Below are positions 42,599 to 54,004 of a DNA stretch of 64,000 nt, one piece after another. This stretch comes from Macrostomum lignano (Eukaryota), in assembly GCA_002269645.1 (NCBI GenBank), contig NIVC01001839.1, positions 24,208-88,207 on the forward strand, written 5' to 3'. Numbering within the stretch: position 1 is the stretch's first letter; every line of letters begins with the position of its first letter. Below the pieces are notes generated by a model, which worked only from the letters and a program-made list of their open reading frames with translations, was not told the DNA's origin and searched no databases. The position numbers and the translations under genes were made by a program.

Positions 42599-45500
42599 TC
42601 AATCTTGAACAGACGTGTCCACCAGCACGGTGACCAGAGCTGCGGTTTGCGCTCCGCTCTCGTCTTCAGCAGAACTGGACGAGTGTTCGTCGTCTTCTAT
42701 TTCATCCGCATCTTTCTGCTTTAGTGGCTGCTGCTGCTTCTGCTGCTCCAGAGTCTGTTGCTGCTGGTGAATATTCTCGGAATCATTGAGAGGAACGGAC
42801 GAGCGTCTGCGGATGTGTTTAGGGAATTCTTGTTTCTGAGTGGGGAATTCTTGTTTCCTATAGGGGAATTCTTGTTTCCGACTGGGGAATTCTTGTTTCC
42901 GACTGGGGAACTATTGTTTCCGATGGGGGAACTCTTGTTTCCGATGGGAGAATTCTTGTTTCCGATTGGGGAATTCTTGTTTCCGACTGGGGAACTATTG
43001 TTTCCGATGGGAGAATTCTTGTTTCCGATTGGGGAATTCTTGTTTCCGACTGGGGAACTATTGTTTCCGATGGGTGAATTCTTGTTTCCGACTGGGGAAT
43101 TCTTGTTTCCGATGGGGGAACTACTGTTTCCGATTGGGGAATTCTTGTTTCCGATGGGGGAACTACTGTTTCCGATTGGGGAACTATTGTTTCCGATGGG
43201 GGAACTACTGTTTCCGATTGGGGAATTCTCGTTTCCGACTGGGGAACTACTGTTTCCGACTGGGGAACTATTGTTTCCGATTGGGGAATTCTCGTTTCCG
43301 ATTGGGAAATTCTTGTTTCCGATGGGGGAATTCTTGTTTCCGATTGGGGACTTCCTGTTTCGATTGGGGAATTCTTGTTTCCGATTGCTGAATTCCTGTC
43401 ACCGATTGGGGAATTTTTGCTTTCGATTGGGGAATTCTTGCTTTAGATTGGGGAATTCTTGTTTCCGATTGCTGAATTCCTGTCACCGATTGGTGAATAC
43501 TTGCTTTCGATTGGGGAATTCTTGCTTTAGATTGGGGAATTCTTGCTTTAGATTGGGGAATTCTTGCTTTAGATTGGGGAATTCTTGCTTTAGATTGGGG
43601 AATTCTTGCTTTAGATTGGGGAATTCTTGTTGTCTATTGAGAAATTGTTGCTTCTTATAATAGAATTTTTGCTTTTCATTTATAAATTTCTAATTTCTGT
43701 CCAGGTTTCCAAGTACTTCCAGTTGAAAAATTTCTTGATTAATCGCCTAATTGGTAATTTCTAATCACCTAATAAGGAATTCCTTAGTATCGGTGCGGGG
43801 AATTCGTTAGTAAGCGTCAAAATAAAGATTATAAAACAAAGCAACAAACAAACAAACAAACAAACAAACAAACAAAAACTAACAAACATACATACAAATG
43901 AACAATCAGACAAACAAACAAAACAAACAAACAAACAAACAAACAAACAAACAAACAAACAAACGAATGAACAAACGAACAAACAAACAAACCCCTTTGA
44001 CAATTTATCGTCGTCCAGATCTTTTTCCTTCGAAGTCCTCCTAGTCTGCGTCCTCTGCCGCATACTGATGCTCACAGTGATGCCTCTTCCCCTGCTCCTG
44101 CCGTTGCTGCGAGCCCCCGTTCCCCTGCCGCTGGCGCACCGGCCCGGCAGCAGCTGCAAGCAGGTCAGTCGAATTTCTCTATTCATGGCCCCAAAGATGA
44201 TGGGATTGGCGCAGGAGGCCATGGCGTAGAGCACCGTAACAACAACGTAAGCGTTTGGATCGCGCTGATTGTCCGAATCGAACATTCGCAAAACTCCGTA
44301 GGGAATAAATCCCACTAGGAACATGACAAACACGACTCCAAACATTTTTGTGATTTTGATTTCGCGTTTCAATAGCAGCCGATCGGCGGCCGAGGACCGG
44401 CGGCCCGTGCGGTGGACGAACATGAAGATCAGGATGAAGCAGACGATGATGATGACGCAGGGCAGGAACTGGGTGAGCAGCACAATTCCCAGGATTCTGC
44501 GGCGCTGCGTGTGCTCGTAAATGCAGCGGAGCATTTTTGCCTGCGGTGTTGTGCGGTTGACTTAGTCCAGAACTTTGTAGAGGGGAATCCCGTGACCTAA
44601 ATGGGGAATCCCATGCCTTGGGGGGAATCTCATGCCTTGAGGGTAATCCCATGCCTTGAGGCAATTCCATGCCTTGAGGGAATCCCATGCCTTAAAGGGG
44701 AATCCCATGCCTGAAAGGGGAATCCCATGCCTGAAAGGGGAATCCCATGCCTGAAAGGGGAATCCCATGCCTTGAGGGAATTCCATGCCTAGAGGGGAAT
44801 CCCATGTCCTAAATTGGGAATCCCATGTTAGGAATCCCATGCCTTAATATGAATCCCATGACTTAAATGGGGAATCCCATTTCTTAATAGGAACCCCGTG
44901 ACCTAAATGGGGAATCCCATGTCCTAATTTGAATCCAACGACCTAAACAGGGAATCCCATTTTTAAGGAGGATCTCATGTTTCTCGATGAATCCATTTCT
45001 AAAAAGAGAATCCAATGCTTAATCGGGATTTTCATTCTAAACAGTCCAAACACGCTGTCGAACACTGAATCTGAATCCAAGCAAACTGTCTAAAATAGGG
45101 GAAAGCCTGATCCAGCCAAACTGTTCAAAATAGGGGAATCCCATACCTTAAGGTGAACCCTTGTTCTGGAGCTGCCACTGTCTCGTGGTATTTCTTAAAC
45201 TTTTCGTTTGCAATAGCTACATGTGCGTTCAATTAGGCTAACATATTTATTTTGCTCATACGTACAGTCCCTAATTATTGATCGCACCACTTTCATTCTT
45301 CACTGATCGCCCCACCCCACATTACGCTCACGTGTATTGTACGCTTTCACTCAGCTCATTAAATATATCGACCCAGAGCATCTCACTCAAGAGGCCTTTT
45401 CGTTTTTCATCGTTCGTTTATCATCGCAGCATATAGTTTGTCTTTCATCTCGAGTTATTCTAGCAACCAACCCTATTCTTTAAGGGGAATACCAATCCAG

Positions 45501-47082
45501 CCAAGTAGTAAAATCTAAAGGGAAATCCATATCCTAAGCCAAACAATACGACTTAGGGAATCCCATCCCGTAGGGTTAATTCTATTTTTAGGGGAATCCC
45601 CATCTAGCCAAGCAATACAATTTTTTCGGGAAATCCCAATCCAGCTAACACAGTACAATACAGAGGGAAATCCCAATTCAGCTAAACACAATACAATACA
45701 CAGGCAAATTCCAAACTAGCTAACACAGCACAATGCATGGGGAAATCCCAGTTCAGCTAAACACAGGACAATACACAGGGAAATCCCAGTCTAGCTAAAC
45801 ACAGGACAATACACAGGGAAATCCCAGTCCAGCTAAACACAGGACAATACACAGGCAAATTCCAAACTAGCTAACACAGCACAATGCATGGGGAAATCCC
45901 AGTTCAGCTAAACACAGGACAATACACAGGGAAATCCCAATCCAGCTAACACAGTGCAATACACAGGGAAATCCCAGTCTAGCTAAACACAGTGCAATAC
46001 ACAGGGAAATCCCAATCCAGCTAAACAGTACAATACACAGGAAAATCCCAATCCAGCTAAACAGTACAATACACAGGGAAATCCCAATCCAGCTAACACA
46101 GTGCAATACACAGGGAAATCCCTATGCAGCTAACACAGGACAATACACAGGGAAATCCCAGTCCAGCTAACACAGTGCAATACACAGGGAAATCCCTATC
46201 CAGCTAACACAGTGCAATACACAGGGAAATCCCAGTCCAGCTAACACAGTGCAATACACAGGGAAATCCCAGTCCAGCTAACACAGTGCAATACACAGGG
46301 AAATCCCAATCCAGCTAACACAGTGCAATACACAGGGAAATCCCAGTCCAGCTAAACACAGGGAAATTCCAAACTAGCTAACACAGGACAATACACAGGG
46401 AAATCCCAGTTAGGAAATCCCAAAGCCTCACCTGATAGACAGTCATATTGGCCCACTGGCCTCTGTTGAGCAGCGGATAAGACAGGCTCAGCAGAGCTGC
46501 AAATAGCCGGGTACCCAGCAACATCACAGCCGAATAAAGTCCTTTATGCATAGCAATATAAGCGTTATTGTGTACAACCACAATATAGCGGTGCAGCGCA
46601 ATGAGCGCGTGATGCCAGAGCGACACGCAGACCAGCACCATGTTGAACTCGGGCATGAAGTCGCACAGCACCTGGCCCAGAATCCAGCCGTGCACCAGGT
46701 AGGAGACGGCAACCATGGTTTGATTAAGCATCAGATTCAACAGGTCGTTCAAGCACAGACTGGTGATAAACAGATTAATCAAGTTGGTTCGCATCTCCCG
46801 CCTGACAAGAACTGTAGCAACAATCCACAGGTTGCCGCAGACTCCAACTATTAGGCAGATTAGTATTAGCAAGCCAGATATGAAGGCGAATGCTTGATCT
46901 GGCGGAGTGCTTGTGCTGTTTGAAGTATAGTTCGCGTTGCTAGGGCAGGCTGCCGGACTGCTGTCATTGCTGCTGCTGCTGACTAGAGAGCAGTGAATCG
47001 AGTGCTCAAGCTTTGATTCTATCATATTACAGAGTCGACTACAGTTTAGATGGAGTGGACTGGGAGAAATATTTCGAAGCAT
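42599..47082 (-). CDS. Rhodopsin-class GPCR (Moody/Tre1/melatonin-receptor-like), ~449-468 aa; exons 46432-47082 (or 47025), 43993-44540, 42599-42806
   Basis: TM1 GVCGNLWIV, TM2 SLCLNDLL, WILGQVLC, TM3 IALHRY, TM5 QFLPCVIIIVCF, TM6 KREIKITKMFGVVFVMFLVGFIPY, TM7 SCANPIIFGAMN. N-glycosylation sequons in the N-terminus. Junctions YQ|AKM (phase 0) and KG|R (phase 2). Confidence 0.9.
44580..44960 (+). repeat. ~19-bp minisatellite (GGGAATCCCATGCCTTRAG) in GPCR intron 1
   Basis: Tandem units beginning just inside the intron near exon 2. Confidence 0.92.
45600..46420 (+). repeat. ~37-bp minisatellite (GGGAAATCCCAGTCCAGCTAACACAGTGCAATACACA) in GPCR intron 1
   Basis: Tandem units abutting the exon 1 donor. 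Confidence 0.95.
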
Positions 47083-47479
47083 AAAATTTGGCAGCTCAGA
47101 AGCAGAAATTTATATTATATGCTTTCTGTTTGGTTGCCAGGCGCTTGGCCAATCGGCTGGTGCGGTTGCTGTTGGCCGGCTCTGACTGGTCCCTGCGATC
47201 TCTTCTTGCATTTCTAATGGTCAGATTCTTACATCTCATTTGTGATAGCTTTTCTGCTAGCTTTATGGTGGCAGCCACAGTCAGTTTTTGGAGGTAAAAT
47301 ACGTGGCATCTAAAAAGCATCTGGAAAGCATCAAGATCGCATCTAGAAAGCTTCGAAGAACCAAATAGAAAAAGCATCTAGATCGCATAAAAATAATCTA
47401 GAAATCAAGTATGCACTATAAAGCGTATAGATTTTATATAGAAATCATCTAAAAATTTCTAGAAAGCATCTGAATCACA

Positions 47480-50025
47480 TCTGACAAGTATCTAGAAAGC
47501 ATCTAGAAAGCATCTAGATCGCATCTAACAAGCATCTAGAAAGCATCTAGATCGCATCTAACAAGCATCTAGAAAGCATCTAGATCGCATCTAACAAGCA
47601 TCTAGAAAGCATCTAGATCGCATCTAACAAGCATCTAGAAAGCATCTAGATCGCATCTAGATCGCATCTAACAAGCATCTAGAAAGCATCTAGATCGCAT
47701 CTAACAAGCATCTAAAAAGCATCTAGAAAGCATCTAGATCGCATCTAACAAGCATCTAGAAAGCATCTAGAAAGCATCTAGATAGCATCTAACAAGCATC
47801 TAGAAAGCATCTAGAAAGCATCTAGATCGCATCTAACAAGCATCTAGAAAGCATCTAGAAAGCATCTAGATCGCATCTAACAAGCATCTAGAAAGCATCT
47901 AGATCGCATCTAACAAGCATCTAGAAAGCATCTAGATCGCATCTAACAAGCATCTAACAAGCATCTAGAAAGCATCTAGAAAGCATCTAGATCGCATCTA
48001 ACAAGCATCTAGAAAGCATCTAGATCGCATCTAACAAGCATCTAGAAAGCATCTAGATCGCATCTAACAAGCATCTAGAAAGCATCTAGAAAGCATCTAG
48101 ATCGCATCTAACAAGCATCTAGAAAGCATCTAGAAAGCATCTAGATCGCATCTAACAAGCATCTAGAAAGCATCTAGATCGCATCTAACAAGCATCTAAC
48201 AAGCATCTAGAAAGCATCTAGATCGCATCTAACAAGCATCTAGAAAGCATCTAGAAAGCATCTAGATCGCATCTAACAAGCATCTAGAAAGCATCTAGAT
48301 CGCATCTAACAAGCATCTAGAAAGCATCTAGAAAGCATCTAGATCGCATCTAACAAGCATCTAGAAAGCATCTAGATCGCATCTAACAAGCATCTAGAAA
48401 GCATCTAGATCGCATCTAACAAGCATCTAGAAAGCATCTAGAAAGCATCTAGAAAGCATCTAGAACGAATTTAACAAAAATCAGGAAAGCATCTAAAAAG
48501 CATCTAACAAGCATCTAACAAGAATCTAGGAAGCATCTAGATCACATTTAACAAGCATCTAGAAAGCATCTAGAAAGCATCTAGATCACATTTAACAAGC
48601 ATCTAGAAAGCACCTAGAAAGCATCTAGAAAGCATCTAGATCGCATCTAACAAGCATCTGGAAAGCATCTAGATCGCATCTAACAAGCATCTAGAAAGCA
48701 TCTAGATCGCATCTAACAAGCATCTAGAAAGCATCTAGATCGCATCTAACAAGCATCTAGAAAGCACCTAGAAAGCATCTAGAAAGCATCTAGATCGCAT
48801 CTAACAAGCATCTAGAAAGCATCTAGATCGCATCTAACAAGCATCTAGAAAGCATCTAGATCGCATCTAACAAGCATCTAGAAAGCATCTAGATCGCATC
48901 TAACAAGCATCTAGAAAGCATCTAGATCGCATCTAACAAGCATCTAGAAAGCATCTAGAAAGCATCTAGAAAGCATCTAGAAAGCATCTAACAAGAATCT
49001 AGAAAGTATCTAGATCACATTAACAAGTATTTAGAAAGCATCTAGAAAGCATCTAGATCACATTTAACAAGCATCTAGAAAGCATCTAGATAACATTTAA
49101 CAAGCATCTAGAAAGCATCTAGAAAGCATCTAGATCGCATTTAGCAAGCATATAGAAAGCATCTAACAAGCATCTAGAAAGCATCTAGAAAGTATCTAGA
49201 TCACATTTAACAAGTATTTAGAAAGCATCTAGAAAGCATCTAGATCACATTTAGCAAGCATATAGAAAGCATCTAACAAGCATCTAGAAAGCATCTAGAA
49301 AGTATCTAGATCACATTTAACAAGTATTTAGAAAGCATCTAGAAAGCATCTAGATCACATTTAACAAGCATCTAGAAAGCACCTAGAAAGCATCTAGATC
49401 ACAACTAACAAGTATCTGGAAAGCATCTAGATCACATTTAGCAAGCATATAGAAAGCATCTAGATCACATTAAACAAGCATCTAGAAAGCATCTAACAAG
49501 CATCTAGAAAGCATCTAACAAGCATCTAGAAAGCATCTAGAAAGCATCTAGAAAGCATCTAACAAGCATCTAGAAAGCATCTAACAAGCATCTAGAAAGC
49601 ATCTAACAAGCATCTAGAAAGCATCTAACAAGCATCTAGAAAGCATCTAACAAGCATCTAGAAAGCATCTAACAAGCATCTAGAAAGCATCTAACAAGCA
49701 TCTAGAAAGCATCTAACAAGCATCTAGAAAGCATCTGACAAGCATCTAGAAAGCATCTAACAAGCATCTAGAAAGCATCTAACAAGCATCTAGAAAGCAT
49801 CTAACAAGCATCTAGAAAGCATCTAACAAGCATCTAGAAAGCATCTAACAAGCATCTAGAAAGCATCTAACAAGCATCTAGAAAGCATCTAACAAGCATC
49901 TAGAAAGCATCTAACAAGCATCTAGAAAGCATCTAACAAGCATCTAGAAAGCATTTAACAAGCATCTAGAAAGCATCTAACAAGCATCTAGAAAGCATCT
50001 AACAAGCATCTAGAAAGCATCTAAT
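47480..50025 (+). repeat. ~2.5-kb 11-bp satellite (AGCATCTAGAA / AGCATCTAACA / ATCGCATCTAACA variants)
   Basis: Direct tandem units ~400 bp upstream of the GPCR start. Confidence 0.98.
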
Positions 50026-50419
50026 GAACATCCAAAGATAGCACAAAAACTTCGATAAGGACTTGCAGACCATTCATCTATTCAATTTCAAAGTCTACGA
50101 GTACTTGACCTTTTAAGCTTCGGATTTTAGTGACAGATGTCAGCTCAAGAGAAAATACCCTTTCCTTCACCCTTTTTTCAAGTTATCGAATTAGTATTTA
50201 GGAAAGATTTTATTACTCAGGCAACCGCTCTTTGCGTCTTAACGAGACGAATTTATCGCTTTTTTCGTCAAGATTTTGAGGTGAGAAGTCTAAAAAAGAA
50301 AAGCTTTCAATGCACGCGATTTAGTCAATGGAAGAAATGCTACAAAAGACCATGACGTCACTTTTGATCAGGCCAAACTAGACGCTTACATTTTAGCTGC
50401 CTAAAATAGCTAGCGAGTC

Positions 50420-52080
50420 TCTTATCTAACAGGTAAGACTGTTTTCTAACGGATGAGACTCTAATTAATAGGTGAGACTCTTATCTAACAGGTGAGACTC
50501 TTATCTAACAGGTAAGACTGTTTTCTAACGGATGAGACTCTTATCTAACAGGTAAGACTCTTATCTAACAGGTGAGACTGTTTTCTAACGGATGAGACTC
50601 TTATCTAACAGGTAAGACTCTTATCTAACAGGTGAGACTCTTATCTAACAGGAGAGACTCTTATCTAACAGGTAAGACTGTTTTCTAACGGATGAGACTC
50701 TTATCTAACAGGTAAGACTCTTATCTAACAGGTGAGACTCTTATCTAACAGGAGAGACTCTTATCTAACAGGTGAGACTCTTATCTAACAGGTGAGACTC
50801 TTATCTAACAGGTGAGACTCTTATCTAACAAGTGAGTCTCTTATCTAACAGGTAAGACTGTTTTCTAACGGATGAGACTCTAATTAACAGGTGCGACTCT
50901 TATCTAACAGGTAAGACTCTTATTTAACAGGTGAGACTCTTATTTAACAGGTGAAACTCTTATCTAACAGGTGAAACTCTTATCTAACAGGTGAGACTCT
51001 TATCTAACAGGTGAGTGTCCAGTCCAACACGTGAGTGTGCAATCTAAAAAGTAGGTGTCTGGTCTAACAGGCGAGTGTCCAGTATAACAGGTGAGTGTCC
51101 AGTATAACAGGTGAGTGTCCAGCATAACAAGTGAGTGTCCCAGTCCAACAGGTGAGTGTCCCAGTCCAACAGGTGAGTGTCCCAGTCCAACAGGTGAGTG
51201 TCCAGCATAACAGTGAGTGTCCAGTATAACAGGTGAGTGTCCAGTCTAACAGGTGAGTGTCCAGCATAACAGGTGAGTGTCCAGTCTAACAGGTGAGTGT
51301 CCAGCATAACAGGTGAGTGTCCAGTCTAACAAGTGAGTGTCCAGTCTAACAGGCGAGTGTCCAGTATAACAGGTGAGTGTCCAGTATAACAGGTGAGTGT
51401 CCAGCATAACAAGTGAGTGTCCCAGTCCAACAGGTGAGTGTCCAGCATAACAGTGAGTGTCCAGTATAACAGGTGAGTGTCCAGTCTAACAGGTGAGTGT
51501 CCAGCATAACAGGTGAGTGTCCAGTCTAACAGGTGAGTGTCCAGCATAACAGGTGAGAGTCCAGTCTAACAGGTGAGTGTCCAGCATAACAGGTGAGTGT
51601 CCAGTCTAACAGGTGAGTGTCCAGTATAACAGGTGAGTGTCCAGCATAACAAGTGAGTGTCCCAGTCCAACAGGTGAGTGTCCAGCATAACAGTGAGTGT
51701 CCAGTATAACAGGTGAGTGTCCAGTCTAACAGGTGAGTGTCCAGCATAACAGGTGAGTGTCCAGTCTAACAGGTGAGTGTCCAGCATAACAGGTGAGTGT
51801 CCAGTCTAACAGGTGAGTGTCCAGTCTAACAGGTGAGTGTCCAGTCTAACAGGTGAGTATCCAGTATAACAGGTGAGTGTCCAGTCTAACAGGTGAGTGT
51901 CCAGTCTAACAGGTGAGTGTCCAGTCTAACAGGTGAGTGTCCAGTCTAACAGGTGAGTGTCCAGTCTAACAGGTGAGTGTCCAGTATAACAGGTGAGTGT
52001 CCAGTCTAACAGGTGAGTGTCCAGTATAACAGGTGAGTTCAGTATAACAGGTGAGTGTCCAGTCTAACAGGTGAGTGTCC
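50420..52080 (+). repeat. 20-bp minisatellite with TCTAACAGGTGA core; two subtypes (GACTCTTA then GTGTCCAG)
   Basis: The subtype switches at ~51010. Confidence 0.97.
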
Positions 52081-52959
52081 AGTTTAAGCACACAGAATCA
52101 ATGAACCTCTGCTACAGCTGGTCACAGTCACAGCGCCTACGAGTAAATTAACTAATTAACTTAAAAAAACAATAGCAGCAGCCGGCCCGCCACCCCTGAG
52201 GTAAGTAGACAAAAAATTTTTGCTCAGGATAGCGTTGTAAAAATAATAAAAACGTCTTTGATTGAAGTTAATTAACGTGCTTTTCATTATTGTCCCATAA
52301 ATTTTAGCCAATCTGAGACACCTGCTCCTCCTATCCAATACCGCTATTAATACAACATATCGGCGTATCGTACGCATAAATAAATTCATTTCTAGTTTTT
52401 GTTATAATTAATGCTAAATTTCTATAAAAAAACGCCAAATTATTGTCAAAATCTTGTTAGCTCTCACGAAGCGTAGGCTATAACCATCCCAAAATATGTC
52501 TGTATCTATTTTTGTTATATCTCTGCTTACTAATATAATTAGTTAGAAGCCTTGAACTGTGGAATAACGCTTTACATATGGATGCCTTCCTCACTTTGAT
52601 GGCACGAGTAGATCCAATTATCCTGATAATTACTGATTATATATCGATGTGTCGGATTTATATACTGCATATTTATACGTGGTACTGTTTCAACAAACAC
52701 AGTCGCAAATATTTTTGCACGATGCAATAAAAGCAGATTTAATTATAAGTCTGATTTACATAATATTATTATCTTATTAGTGCCAATATTACATAGAATT
52801 TGAAAATATAAAAGCATTTATTTCTACTGATAGTAAAGGTATACGCGCATATTGAAGCAAATATCTGGCCCAAAATAGAGCTTTCTGGTGAAGCTGAAGT
52901 CAACATGTTTTAGTTAAATTTTTTAACTATAAACTTGCAAATTAGAAAGTGTGCCACAC

Positions 52960-53530
52960 TGATTAGACAGGATAGAGTCACCTGTTAGATAGGAGTGTCA
53001 CCTGTTAGATGTTAGACAGGATAGTGTCACCTGTTACACAGGATAGTGTCACCTGTTAGACAGGACAGTGTCACCTGTTAGACAAGATAGTGTCACCTGT
53101 TTGACAGGATAGTGTCACCTGTTAGACAGGATAGTGTCACCTGTTAGATAGGAGTGTCACCTGTTAGACAGGATAGTGTCACCTGTTAGACAGAATAGTG
53201 TCACCTGTTAGACAGGATAGTGTCACCTGTTAGACAGGATAGTGTCACCTGTTAGACAGGATAGTGTCACCTGTTAGACAGGATAGTGTCACCTGTTAGA
53301 CATGATAGTGTCTCCTGTTAGACAGGATAGTGTCACCCGTTAGACAGGATAGTGTCACCTGTTAGACAGGATAGTGTCACCTGTTAGACAGGATAGTGTC
53401 ACCTGTTAGACAGGATAGTGTCATCTGTTAGACAGGATAGTGTTACTTACCTGTTAGACAGGGTAGTGTCACCTGTTAGACAGGATATAGTGTCACCTGT
53501 TAGACAGGATAGTGTCACCTGTAGAGGATA
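52960..53530 (-). repeat. 20-bp minisatellite GTTAGACAGGATAGTGTCACCT
   Basis: Same unit as SNX intron 2; opposite orientation to the 50420-52080 array. Confidence 0.97.
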
Positions 53531-54004
53531 GTGTCTGCACCTGCTAGTCGATATGAGCACCCATTTGTCATATTGTTTTCTCTGTAGTATGTCATCTGGT
53601 CACATTATACATGCTCGATTTTTAATGTGACCATGCATATCCGACGAAGAACTCAATTAGTTATATGCATGCTTACATTTTACATGTACTGTACAGGTAA
53701 GGTCACTGTGATTTTTCTTTAAGTACATTACCATCAGTATGTGACTGCTATATGTGCCTGCATTCCAGAGCTATGCTTACGACCTATATGTCTTCTTACA
53801 TGTATATGTACATTTACTTACATGCTTGAGTTCATGTATGTACACCCGACTGCCAGTGTGCCGTCGATATGGACGCCAGAATCTACGCTGAAGTGCCTTA
53901 CAGGCATGCAAACAAGTAATAGCAGGTGTATTCGTGTAATTAGTAGAGGACGCTTTAGTGCAACTTCAGTACAAGGGTCATTCGGTACAGAACGGTACAG
54001 AAGT

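Noticed and set aside
42758-43660. 300-aa GEFLFP-repeat ORF
   Set aside because: Antisense translation of the intronic 21-bp minisatellite.
50420-53530. Regular repeats resembling a CRISPR array (also 9500-12720 and 45600-46420)
   Set aside because: Head-to-tail units with no unique spacers, no cas genes, and a spliced eukaryotic context.
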